From: Macrostomum lignano
Taxonomy: Eukaryota
Assembly (NCBI GenBank): GCA_002269645.1
Contig: NIVC01000106.1
Location: forward strand, 620,001-684,000
Direction: 5' to 3'
DNA length: 64,000 nucleotides
Shown: one piece after another, positions 37,485 through 56,864 of the stretch
How positions within the stretch are numbered: position 1 is the first letter of the stretch
Layout: each line of letters starts with the position of its first letter
Notes under the pieces: model-generated
The model's database searches: none
Seen by the model: the letters and a program-made list of their open reading frames with translations, nothing else
Told to the model about the DNA's origin: nothing
Program-made: the position numbers and the translations under genes

Positions 37485-38916
37485 TGTTTCAACATCGGAC
37501 GGCCTATCGGACTTCTTTGAGACATCCTCCGGGGTGCTTCAGGGTGCGTCAGGTTCGTTCTGGTGCTTGACTGGGTGCTGAGGACCGCTCTTCCTGCCAA
37601 CGACGACGGATTTCTGTTGCGGCGACGCGTAGGTCGACGTCGACTGGAGAGGCGACTCAGCGTGCTTGGCTACGCCGACGACCTCGCCCTGCTGTCCTGA
37701 AATGTCAAAAGCGCCCATAAACAGCTGGAAAAACTTGTTGCCGTTGCGGCGAGTGTCGGCTGGGTAGTCAACACGCAGAAGACTGTCGTGCTTTTCGTGC
37801 CGGACGAAATCGAGGCTGCAATTTTGTGCCAATGCGCAGATGGACAAGCGACGGAGCTTCCGTGTTGTCAGCAGTTCATCTACGCTGGCGGTCTGGTTCC
37901 CGGCGTCCATGAGGATCTGCGGCGTCACCGCGGACGTGCCTGGGTTGCCTTCCGTTCTTTGAGGGCAGTCTTGCAGTTTGAGGCCCTGCCTGACCGCCAG
38001 AGGGTGGCGCTGTTCCAGGCGGTGCTCGAGACCGTCTTGCTGTACAACGCTGAGATCTGGACGATGACGGACTCGCTCGAGCAACAAGTTGATGCGGTGC
38101 ACGCTGGCCTGCTGCACTTCGCCTTCAAGATGGACAAAAAGCGACTTTCTACTCCACTGGACTCCAGCTGGCAGGCCTCATCATCGAATCGTACTGTCTA
38201 CGACCGGTGGAGGAGGTGCTGCTGCTGACGCTGCAGGTGCCCTACCAGCGAGGGACAGGCGCGCACATGGCGTTTTGTCGACTGCCTGCTGCCTTTCTAA
38301 ATACCCTGACACCGTATTTTGTTGCTGCGGTCTGTCACTCATTTTGCTACGCAATCAATTTTTTCCTTCGCGTAAAGTTTGGATACACTTTCCTCAGCTA
38401 ACTCATATGGCCCTTGATGATCACCTGCAGTTTATTTGCTTCCCAATCAAACTCATAAAAATTTGAAGTGTATTTTATTAGGTCAGAGTATATAAGATAA
38501 AACTGCGATGGAAAAAAGCATGCAAAAGTGCCATAGCCGGTATGTATAGAAGCTGAATAAGTTACGGATGAGTGACTTTGCTCTGCCGTGTCGAACTGTG
38601 CAGCTCGAACTCACGTCGAGTCACTTGCCGTACCTCGAAGAACCCAATAGATGACGTGATATCTCTGAAAATTTAATTTAGAAACATATTTATAAATAGT
38701 ATTCGCGTATCGTATTGAAAACTACAGAAAAATAAGGCTGATGTCTGTCGACAAATCGATAATCTTCCTTACCCTCACATGTCACAGGACAATATGTGAA
38801 AAGTCGAACCTAGAGAATCCTTCTTTATTTTACGCCCTATTTAACCCACAATTCAGAGTACGAGTCAAATTTATTTGGGGCTCAATCACGAAGAATGGCT
38901 TATTGCTTGGGAAAAT

Positions 38917-41900
38917 CTAGCATATTAGGGCAACCTCCAACGGACTCTTGACGATGAGAGTCGGGGCCGCTGTACGGTCGTACACCCTGTGTGAGCCCGT
39001 GTCTGCTTGCCTTCTTGCTAGCGGCGGGTCGACTTTCGTCTCGACTTTCTGATGCCCTAATCAAACAAAGATATTGTAATTAATAGATCGAGCTTACCAA
39101 CTCCATAAGCTACCACATCGCAGAGTTCAAAAAGCGTTGTCAGGCTACTGTCATTGATTCTGCCTATGCGGACAGTAAGCTCGCTAGCCTGAGCACCCTG
39201 GCAGTTAAACGATTCTGCAACGCTCATGTCCATGCTGTCCACTCTGCTGCACAGTTGTCTGCCAGCCAGCACCTCAAAAAGTTGACAGTTGTTGTCAACT
39301 GGTGGCGACGATTCCGGCGAAGAGGAGGTCAAGCACGAGTCCAGAATGACCCGGCCAACTTTGACGTTGCGTCCAAACTGACCGCGCCAATCGAAATTCG
39401 CTGCTGCAACGTCTGCGTTGGAACTGAAATCTGACGAAAGGGACTCGCAAGCGGATGAGGATGCACTTTTCGATTTAGCGCCGTCTATCGAAGTCTGTCG
39501 GCAATTGATAAATGTCAACGGCTGAGAGTCTGGAAGAAGTGGGGACGCAAACAAAGCTGTAAAGAACTTTTGACGGGGGCGTACGCTGAGAGTAATTTAC
39601 GACGTATCAGTTCTACGACACTAAAATAAATCTGCTATGTCTACGACAAAATTTATAATGATAATAATAATAATTGATGAGAATTAACTAATAATGAAAT
39701 GAAATGTCACCTGTCCAAACGGGCAGATGTGCAACCGACAGCTATTGCGTGGCGCATTTGAAGGCTGCGTACGGCTTTTTCAGTCCATGGACTGAAGGTT
39801 GCCACAAAAATCCTCAATTACCCCACCTAATGTCATTTTACAGCTGGGTGATCTGAAGCAATGCAGAGTCAAGTGTCTAGCTCAAGGACACAAATTGTTC
39901 CGAGTTTGGTTAGGGTTAAGGATAGACCTTTCAGTAGTGATTCCGACGCTCTAACCACTAGGCTACAACCCCCCTACGACAAAGAGCCAGCGCACTCTTG
40001 CAAAATAAAAGATCCTTAACAATAAATCCACTAAGAGCTGAGGCATAGCAAGCTGGCAAGGAGAGGGGAGGGGCGAGGCCCCTTTCAAAAGGCTGACAAA
40101 AACGATGATACCCCATTGCAAGCTGTAGCTCCTTGGTGCTGCCACAGCTCCATCGACGGCGAACCCCCAAGGACCTGCTACTACAACAGATTTAAACAAC
40201 ATAATGTAGAATACTTCTAAAAAACAGGCACTCCATTTTCCACAACTTTAATTGCGAGTGGCATATTTAGTTATTCAGGAATGCTTTGTCGTTAAAAGTG
40301 CCGTCTCACAACTAGCACGACACTTGAACGTACCAGTGTCAAACACGCGAATCCCACAAACCGGTCCAGGGTAGTCGCAATTTTTCTCCACTTTCGACGG
40401 CGTCTTCGTCTCCGAGGCGTCGTCTGGACGCCGAACCCCGACTAGCAGGGAGCCGGTCTTGTCGCCGGAACAGTCGAAGATGCCCAGCGATCGGCCCAGC
40501 TGGTCCAGACGGCAATGCCGACTGGGCAGAGCGGCGTCCCAAGGCCGGGCAATCACGACGATTCCCTGCGGCAGGTGTCGGTCGACACTTTTAGCGGACG
40601 AGTTCAGCAAGGCGCCCTTGACCACCACACGTTGGAGACGGACTGGCCGATTGAACTGGCCGAGCCAGGACCAGCGGAATGGGTCTCGGCGAGGACAGTC
40701 GATCGGATAGCCGCTGTACACTTTCCAGCAGTCGCTGTCATCTTTTATGACTTCGTCAACGCCCTCTGATCCGTCGGATTTTGTCAAGCGTCGTCGACTC
40801 GAACCTGGGATGCTCGAGGGGCTGGCGGCAGCAGCCGTGGGACGAGAAGCTTTTGTCAGTGGCCGGCTGTTTTCAATCCATTTGCAGGATTGGAAGGCCA
40901 GATTGGCTGTGGGTAAAATTTTCATTGCTTTTAGATTTTTTCATCATTGAGATTTCTCAGAGAAAAAGCTTTCGAGTGAAATTCAAGATCTGAGACCGAG
41001 ATCCGGGATCTGAAAATGAAATTTAGAAACAGAGAGTGTGACAGGATTTAAAGATGAGATTCAAGATCCAAATATGAGATTTTTGAGAATCTATTTTGAA
41101 TGTGGGAAGGTTAAGAATCTGTAAGTGAGATACGCTCGTAAAAGTCCAAGGTATATCATACTCGTAGTATTTTTCCCCAACTTCGAACGGTCTTTCAGAT
41201 TATCATAGCAAGCAGACAACCATTTTAACCAGTTTCAATAAATCACTTGTGAACGAAGTAAAATATAAAATTTTCAAATTTTTAAACTTTAAAACTTTAA
41301 ATTTCAAATTTTTTAACTTCAAACTTCAAGTTTTTAATCTACTATCAACAATATTAGTGACGATTTTGACACTATTGACGTTGATATAGCGAGGCTTATT
41401 GATTTGATGTTTACGGATCGAACCACTAGCTACGAAGACATCCACAAGCCCTCGCTTCGATATTAGGTTAGAAGATGAGCTCATGGCTTTTGCCGACGGC
41501 TACGAAGCTACTAAGAAAGCTGCTTGAATAATCAAAACGTTTCAACAAAAGACCATAGACTTATTTGACCAGAAAACGTTTCAAAACAAGACCATAGACT
41601 TATTTGACAAGAAAACGTTCCAACAAAAGACCATAGACTTATTTGACCAGAAAACGTTTCAAAACAAGACCATAGACTTATTTGACAAGAAAACGTTCCA
41701 ACAAAAGACCATAGACTTATTTGACCAGAAAACGTTCCAATACAAGACCATAGACTTATTTGACCGGAAAACGTTCCAATACAAGACCATAGACTTATTT
41801 GACCGGAAAACGTTCCAACAAAATACCATAGACTAATTATTTGAACGGAAAACGTTCCAATACAAGACCATAGACTTATTTGACCGGAAAACGTTCCAAT

Positions 41901-42521
41901 ACAAGACCATAGACTTATTTGACCGGAAAACGTTCCAACAAAATACCATAGACTAATTATTTGAACGGAAAACGTTCCAATACAAGACCATAGACTTATT
42001 TGACCGGAAAACGTTCCAATACAAGACCATAGACTTATTTGACCGGAAAACGTTCCAATACAAGACCATAGACTTATTTGACCGGAAAACGTTCCAATAC
42101 AAGACCATAGACTTATTTGACCGGAAAACGTTCCAACAAAATACCATAGACTAATTATTTGACCGGAAAACGTTCCAATACAAGACCATAGACTTATTTG
42201 ACCGGAAAACGTTCCAATACAAGACCATAGACTTATTTGACCGGAAAACGTTCCAATACAAGACCATAGACTTATTTGACCGGAAAACGTTCCAATACAA
42301 GACCATAGACTTATTTGACCGGAAAACGTTCCAATACAAGACCATAGACTTATTTGACCGGAAAACGTTCCAACAAAAGACCATAGACTTATTTGACTAA
42401 TAGTGGGGAATAATAATGCGAAAAAATCAATCTTTCGATAGTGCTGCTTACAGAATTCCGGCATTGTAGCTGAGACAAGCATCAAGCTGATGCTAAGAAG
42501 CATCACATCGGTCAGAATCAT
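38917..42521 (-). CDS. Secreted protein with two divergent F5/8C / F-type-lectin-like domains, about 413 aa
   Basis: Exons (-): 42521-42452 (signal peptide MILTDVMLLSISLMLVSA), 40906-40334, 39556-39098, last exon 39056-38917 (alternatives: 39048-38900, or read-through to the stop at 39057). All phase-1. WLGQFNRPVRLQRVVV, WRGQFGRNVKVGRVIL and FELCDVVAYG resemble discoidin/FTP strands. Confidence 0.6.
39720..39974 (-). mobile_element. tRNA-derived SINE (family 1), copy C
   Basis: Reverse complement of the head (GGTTGTAGCCTAGTGGTTAGAGCGTCGGA), core (CACCCAGCTGTAAAATG) and tail (AGCTGTCGGTTGCACATCTGCCC). Confidence 0.85.
41530..42398. repeat. 39-bp minisatellite (GACCATAGACTTATTTGACCGGAAAACGTTCCAATACAA)n
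   Basis: Tandem unit with occasional 42-bp variants; lies in intron 1 of the double-domain gene. Confidence 0.95.
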
Positions 42522-43594
42522 ACTGTTGCTTTTAATTGTTTAGCTAAAAACTGTTACAAATTTAAGAGAGATTGTGGAACAGAGAGATACAAGAGCCTTA
42601 GAGCAAGTGTGAGGTCTGTCGTATTTATATTTCGTACAATTCCACCTTGTATCCAGTACTCAAGGTAGCATTACTGTTTGAGTCTGAGTCAAAAGCTCAT
42701 GCGACCTCAGCTGAACTCGGGAGTGTATGAGATGTTGCGTAAAAAGCGTTTCAAGGGGTTAAATAATGTGAGAAAATGAATCTTAGAGAACTATAATTTG
42801 GGCTATTCTGAAGTGTTTATGCCAGCTTCATTCCCACAGTTTAAAAGCAGATTTTGTTCAAAACAATTCGCGAAAAAGAATTGTTTTATTGTCGGGCTGT
42901 GTCACACCTGTGCGACAGTAAGGTTTTTAGCGGGGCTAACAAATATCTTGAGTAATTATAGTCAATTATAGGTTATGCAAAAGGCAAAGAGAGTCATACC
43001 GCGCAAACATATTGATACATTGTTTACATGTACAGGGGAGAGAGTAGAAAAAACAATTGCCATTTTCAAACTTTTCACGATAGAACAAGAAAGCGAGCAC
43101 GAGCTAACTACTGAATAAGTAGTAGAGATAGCGAAGCTTTAAAACCTGTTTCAAATTAAAAGCGATCGCAAATTTAAATTAGTAAGGAGCTATCCTTGAA
43201 GAGCGTCAATGACCAAAATGAGGTAGATTTCAATACAGGCTGTAAAATCGAAAAATGTTAATGAAGATCAAAAACTGGGTGATGAAAAAGGAATTGAAAC
43301 GCCCGGTGATTATTTTATAATATAATGACTGCCTAGCTGCAAATATGTACAATCTGCTTGTGTGATATGCATTGTTTGTGTGACACTGCGCGAGACACTT
43401 TTACTGACTCTCTTTTGCAAAGCAGTCAGAGAAAAAATGTGAGTAAAGCAGCTGCAAAACTAGCAAAATTAGTTGGACAAAACTTGCATTGATTTTTAGA
43501 TGAGCCAGAGCATAGCAGGATGATCTGAGGATGGGTTGATTTATTCTGAGTGCTGTTTGAAAATCAAATAGAAAAGCAAAAATATTCTTATTAG

Positions 43595-43990
43595 CTAATG
43601 TACATATACTGCCTGGCTCTCTCTCTCCAACCCGATCTTGAGTCCACCAATGTACATACTGCCTGGCTCTCTCTCTCCAACCCGATCTTGAATCCACCAA
43701 TGTACATACTGCCTGGCTCTCTCTCTCCAACCCGATCTTGAATCCACCAATGTACATACCGAGTCTACCGACTAGCCCTTTATCTTTAACTCGGCCTTGA
43801 ATTCACCAATGTACATACAGGCTGGCCCTTTACCTCTAACCCGGCCTTGAATTCACCAATGTACATACCGACTGGCCCTTTATCTCTAACCCGACCTTGA
43901 ATTCACCAATGTACATACCGACTGGCCCTTTATCTCTAACCCGACCTTGAATCCACCAATGTACATACCGACTGGCTTTATCTCTCTACA
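43595..43990. repeat. About 49-50-bp minisatellite (CACCAATGTACATAC...CCCGA.CTTGAAT)n
   Basis: About 8 diverging copies seen directly. Confidence 0.85.
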
Positions 43991-44193
43991 TGTACTAGCC
44001 CCGACCTTGAAGTAGAAAAAGTACGAGCGTACATACAGTCTGAGTGATTTATTTGTACAAGGCAAACCTTAGCTTTCACTCAGTTACTCAAACGACAACT
44101 ACACAAGAGGAGGTAATGATGAGCAAGCAAAACAAAAAGCACTTGAACGTAAAAGCTGTTTTTGAGTTTTTAATAACGACTGACGATAAAGAA

Positions 44194-51423
<7,230 letters not shown>

Positions 51424-52544
51424 GTCGATGTTTTTCGCGTTGAAATTTTTGTTTGTCAAATTTAACCTGGGCTGTGATGGCAGAGTTTCCGGCTCGGAGA
51501 AAGTTACGAATAAGGGTTTCTTTCTCCTGGCAGAGAATGAGAGAATTGAAGCCTCTCTCTGCGAGAAAAGGAGCTGAAATTGGCCGCTATTGGTTGAAAT
51601 TTTGCGGCTCTGGGGTTGGTCGGGCGTTGGCCATAGGCTTAGCCGGACCAGTGTGAGGTTGGAGTGGCGCCTTATAGGCAAACTGAGCAATACCATTTGA
51701 TGATGGAGGCGAGACTTGACTGGGCCGAGGCTGTCAGGGCATAACAAACATTTTTATTGCGTCAAGCCCGGCCAGCCAGGGGCCCTTATACGAAATTTCG
51801 GGATAATTTTATTACAGAAAGTTTTACGAGGGCGTTGCGGAGGCGCTCCGTTGAGGGGCGACAGAGGGTCGCTTGGGCTCAGTTTAAACTTGAACTGCTT
51901 TTAGTTAGTAGGTGGATTTCTCGCGCCCTCTATAGGTCGCCAATCTCCTCCTGTCGCCATGGGGATATGCCAAGGTTCCGAGATCCAACTGTGAGATATT
52001 ATACACTATCAATATACAGTCTATATAATAAAACAGGTCGAGAAATATTCAATTTTAGAAACTTTCGCCGACTGCTGGACGTCTGCATGGTTATAAAAAC
52101 CCTGGCATGGTTGATTATTCTACATGAGGCTCGATCTTGTTCGCACCTAAATGTGAATAATACATACAGTATATACGATTTATTTCCCCGCGAACAGGGA
52201 TATTTTAACAAATTTCAATCCCATTAGTGGGAATGGGGAGGCTTCCCATATGGGTTTACGAGGCAGCCCAGCTGCCTCAGTGGCGCATAAAAATATCAAT
52301 TTAGCTGATTGTGCTATCTATATCGATGTTGAAGACAATCTGCTAAATGAAGTTTGCTTTTTGTTATATTGTGCTCTTCAGATATGCTCTCTAATTCCTG
52401 TTCATCTCTGAAGGCTTTTGGGAAATCATTTTTTGGTTTATGATTTGCGAATAATTAACTCAAGCACACACATTCTTGAGATTATGAGAAATCATTTCTA
52501 TAACCACCGCGTGCAACTCTGCATTATTGTAGCTTAAATCTCAT

Positions 52545-53265
52545 TGAGTGAGTCTCCAAATCTCATTGAGTGATTCTCCATAATCTCACTGAGTGAGTCT
52601 CCATAATCTCATTGAGTGATTCTCCATAATCTCACTGAGTGAGTCTCCAAATCTCACTGAGTGATTCTCCTAATCTCATTAAGTGATTTTCCAAATCTCA
52701 CTGAGTGATTCTCTAAATCTCACTGAGTGATTCTCTAAATCTCACTGAGTGATTCTCTAAATCTCACTGAGAGATTTTCCTCAGATCTCACTGAGTGATT
52801 CTCTAAATCTCACTGAGTGATTCTCCAAATCTCACTGAGTGATTCTCTAAATCTCACTGAGAGATTTTCCTCAGATCTCACTGAGTGATTCTCTAAATCT
52901 CACTGAGTGATTCTCTAAATCTCACTGAGTGATTCTCTAAATCTCACTGAGAGATTTTCCTCAGATCTCACTGAGTGATTTTCCAAATCTCACTGAGAGA
53001 TTTTCCTCAGATCTCACTGAGTGATTCTCTAAATCTCACTGAGAGATTTTCCTCAGATCTCACTGAGTGATTCTCTAAATCTCACTGAGTGATTTTCCTC
53101 AGATCTCACTGAGTGATTCTCTAAATCTCACTGAGAGATTTTCCTCAGATCTCACTGAGTGATTCTCTAAATCTCACAGAGAGATTTTCCTCAGATCTCA
53201 CTGAGTGATTCTCTAAATCTCACTGAGTGATTCTCTAAATCTCACTGAGTGATTTTCCAAATCTC
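52545..53265. repeat. 22-bp minisatellite (TCTCACTGAGTGATTCTCTAAA)n
   Basis: Tandem unit with a longer TCTCACTGAGAGATTTTCCTCAGA variant. Confidence 0.95.
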
Positions 53266-53769
53266 AAATCTACAAGTCTGAAAATCGCATCAACAATGAC
53301 CCTGATGGCCTACAGAAAACAAAGTGAATCCTGAAGACTTTATTCAACATCAAACAGGAAAGCGCCGAGGTTGCACTGCAGCTGAGGTGTCAGGTGTTCA
53401 AAAGTCTGCATTAAAAAAATTGCTCATTAAAACACAGGGCGCTAAGCGGTCCAAAATTTGGGTCATTAATTTAAGCTTCTTAATTTTTTGTTGCTGAGAA
53501 AGTCATCTGTCTTCTTGGAGATTTTCTGACGAAGTGGGTCCTCCTCTGATCTCGGCGCAGAAATCTGAAACATTTTGTCGTCAAGAACTGCAAGAAGCTT
53601 TCTATCGAAATTAAGAAAACAATTAAAAATGAATGGGATGGCAGTTGTCGGCAGACTGTCGGCGGTGGGTCGTTAATGACACGCAGAAAGGCCTCTGTAC
53701 CAGCTGGTATTTTGGTACTCTCCGCTATTAATGTTTCAACATTCAGCACGGCTGTTGAAACATCTCCCC

Positions 53770-54575
53770 AATTCTAGGGGCGCCAAATATAGGGGCGCCA
53801 ACTACAGAGGCGCCAACTATAGAGGGGCCAACTGAACTATAGAGGCGCCAATTATAGAGGCGCCAACTACAGAGGCGCCAACTATAGGGGCGCCAATTAT
53901 CTCGGCGCCAACTTTCGAGGCGCCAAACTATAGGGGCGCAAAACTATAGGGGCGCCAACTATAGGGGCGCCAACGTTTAGAGGCGCCAACTATAGGAGCG
54001 CTAACTCTAGGGGCGCCAACTATAGGGGCGCCAACTATAGGGGCGCCAACTATAGGGGCGCCAACTATAGGGGCGCCAACTCTAGGGGCGCCAACTATAG
54101 GGGCGCCAACTTTTAGAGGCGCCAGCTATAGGGGCGCCAACTCTAGGGGCGCCAACTATAGGGGCGCCAACTATAGGGGCGCCAACTATAGGGGCGCCAA
54201 CTCTAGGGGCGCCAACTATAGGGGCGCCAACTATAGGGGCGCCAACTATAGGGGCGCCACCTAGAGGGGCGCCAACTTTTAGAGGCGCCAACTATCTCGG
54301 CGCCAACTTTAGAGGCGCCAACTATAGGGGCGCCAACTTTAGAGGCGCCAAACTATAGGGGCGCCAACTAGAGGGGCGCCAACTAGAGGGGCGCCAACTT
54401 TTAGAGGCGCCAACTAGAGGGGCGCCAACTTTTAGAGGCGCCAAAGGGAAGCGCCAAACTATAGGGGCGCCAACTAGAGGGACGCCAACTTTAGAGGCGC
54501 CAAAGGGAAGCGCCAAACTATAGGGGCGCCAACTAGAGGGACGCCAACTTTAGAGGCGCCAACTATAAGGGCGTC
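53770..54575 (+). repeat. 15-bp minisatellite (GGGGCGCCAACTATA)n
   Basis: Tandem unit seen directly. Confidence 0.95.
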
Positions 54576-55084
54576 TTGATAGCGTCTCCTGTATCTTGGA
54601 GGCACACTAGCATTTCAAAAAATCCCTTTCCATCTGTCCAATCGTTCCGATTGTAAAAATATCCATAGCGCGGCAGGCGCATGGCCGGGGGTCACGTTTT
54701 GCGCTTGAAAAACGATGCTGGCAAACCAATTAAGTTATGGAACAGGGCAACGTGGCGGTGTGGGGGGGGGAGGGTTAGCGCTCCGGAGGGACACCACAAG
54801 TTTCCCACACCATGCCCAGGGTCCCAGGGTTCGGTTTACGAGAATAGCTGCAGGTCTCTGGGGTGAGATAAAAATGAAATTATGCTATTTGGCGTGCTTT
54901 TATAGAGTTATGGCTTTTGGTTGGCAGGTAAGCATGAGCGCTGTTTAGGTAGCAGGCATGAGGTCGTTTATAGGTTAGCGCCCATGTGCTGGTGTAGTGA
55001 CCGTGGCTCATCTGCTCTGACAATGACTATCATGAATTTTCTAATCTTGAATGCAAATTTCTATTCTGTAGAAAACAACTTCAC

Positions 55085-55410
55085 TGGCGCCGTTCTGTAG
55101 CTGGCGCCCCCCTCTGTAGCTTCATGGCGCCCCTCTGTAGCTGGCGCCCACTCTGTAGCTGGCGCCCACTCTGTAGCTGGCGCCCCTCTGTAGCTGGCGC
55201 CCCTCTAGCTGGCGCCCCTCTCTGTAGCTGCAGTGCCCCCTCTCTGTAGCTGGCGCCCCTCTGTAGCTGCAGTGCCCCCTCTCTGTAGCGGGCGCCCCTC
55301 TGTAGCTGCAGTGCCCCCTCTCTGTAGCTGGCGCCCCTCTGTAGCTGCAGTGCCCCCTCTCTGTAGCGGGCGCCCCTCTGTAGCTGCAGTGCCCCCTCTC
55401 TGTAGCTGGC
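55085..55410 (-). repeat. 17-bp-based minisatellite (TGTAGCTGGCGCCCCTC)n, inverted relative of the 53770 array
   Basis: Reverse complement GAGGGGCGCCAGCTACA matches units of the 53770 array. Confidence 0.9.
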
Positions 55411-55689
55411 AGTTACACCCAGTTTTCTTCACATCTCTGGAGCTTCCCTTAAATTTTTAGGGTTAAACGCAACACATTGCATGGGTAGTTTCGAGTCATT
55501 TTGAACCGAAATATCGAGGAACTCATAAAATTCTTGACGCAAAATATGTCTGAAAGATTTCCAATTTAAATATGCAGACCATAACGTGTTGGCTAAAGGC
55601 GTTATAATACTCGTAAATATGTTTTTTGAGGGAGGTGGAACTCAGAGCGCACAGACAGTTAAATCGAGGTGATGCCTTCCGATGCGAAA

Positions 55690-56370
55690 GGGTAAAGAGA
55701 GGGAGGGGATGGAGGGTAAAGAGAGAGAGGGGAAGGAGGGTAACGAAAGGGAGGGAAAGATTATAGAAAGTATGAAAGGAGGGTAAAGAGATGGAGGGGA
55801 AGGAGGGTAAAGAGAGAGAGGGAAAGGAGGGTAAAGAAAGGGAGGGAAAAGAGGGTAACGAAAGGGAGGGAAGGATTATAGAAAGAATGAAAGGAGGGTA
55901 AAGAGAGGGAGGGGAAGGAGGGTAAAGAGAGAGAGGGGAAGGAGGGTAAAGAAAGGGAGGGAAAGGAGGGTAAAGAAAGGGAGGGAAAAGAGGGTAACGA
56001 AAGGGAGGGAAGGATTATAGAAAGAATGAAAGGAGGGTAAAGAGAGGGAGGGGAAGGAGGGTAAAGAGAGAGAGGGGAAGGAGGGTAAAGAGAGAGAGCG
56101 GAAGGAGGGTAAAGAAAGGGAGGGGAAGGAGGGTAACGAAAGGGAGGGAAGGATTATAGAAAGAATGAAAGGAGGGTAAAGAGAGGGAGGGGAAGGAGGG
56201 TAAAGAGAGAGAGGGGAAGGAGGGTAAAGAAAGGGAGGGAAAAGAGGGTAATGAAAGGGAGGGAAGGATTATAGAAAGAATGAAAGGAGGGTAAAGAGAG
56301 GGATGGGAAGAAGGGTAAAGAGAGGGAGGTGAAGGATAAGAGAAAGAGGGTAAGAGGGGGAAAGAGGAGA
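55690..56370. repeat. Polypurine minisatellite (AAGGAGGGTAAAGAGAGAGAGGGG)n with higher-order repeat
   Basis: Seen directly. Confidence 0.92.
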
Positions 56371-56864
56371 GGAAACCAGCGACAAAAGAAATCAAACAAT
56401 GACGAGTATTGAAACTCTAAATAAGTAAAATCCGAAATGAGAACAGATCCAGATACCGCAGCCATGATAGAGATTGGCCCCTGCATGCATATTACCTTAA
56501 ATTGCGAGCGTAACTTAATTGAGAATTTAGTTCAGCAACGTAATAATGTAAAGAGTCTAGCGAGAGTACGCGGTGGTCCTGCAGTGTTATGAAATCATGC
56601 AGCAACCCGTGGGAAGAAAACCCTTTTTTTAACGAACTTCGTTCGCACTGCAGTTAAACAACTGTTTCTTTTTAAATCTTTTAACAGATTTTTTAAACTA
56701 CGTAGGTAAGCTGGCGACGTGGCTTAAAAGTTATAATTATTTCTTTTTTTAAGTTGCATTTTTCGCCGTTCGATGGTTACTAACAGCCTCTTTTACTGTA
56801 CTGACTTTGCTTTTGCGCTGCTCGATAACTTCGTGTAATAAATGAACATTGTACATATATTGTC

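Larger units (their letters stand above)
33873..38290 (+). mobile_element. Non-LTR retrotransposon, RTE-like (APE endonuclease + RT), pseudogenised and interrupted
   Basis: APE: GTLN, LQEV, LDHVLV, SDHR. RT: KALGPD, VPKK, EQNGFR, LDFKKAFDSV, GVLQG, YADDL. Stops at 34280, 35866 and about 37697, several frameshifts, internal deletion near 38150. RT frame KAAV|STSDG is split by the LTR element. Confidence 0.92.

Noticed and set aside
41532-42521. 329-aa membrane-like repeat protein
   Set aside because: Only the first 23 codons look real; a GTAAGC donor at 42451 splices in frame to 40906, and the rest is a 39-bp intronic array.
51430-52500. TCF/LEF autoregulatory sites upstream of Wnt
   Set aside because: No convincing cluster of CTTTG(A/T)(A/T) motifs seen.
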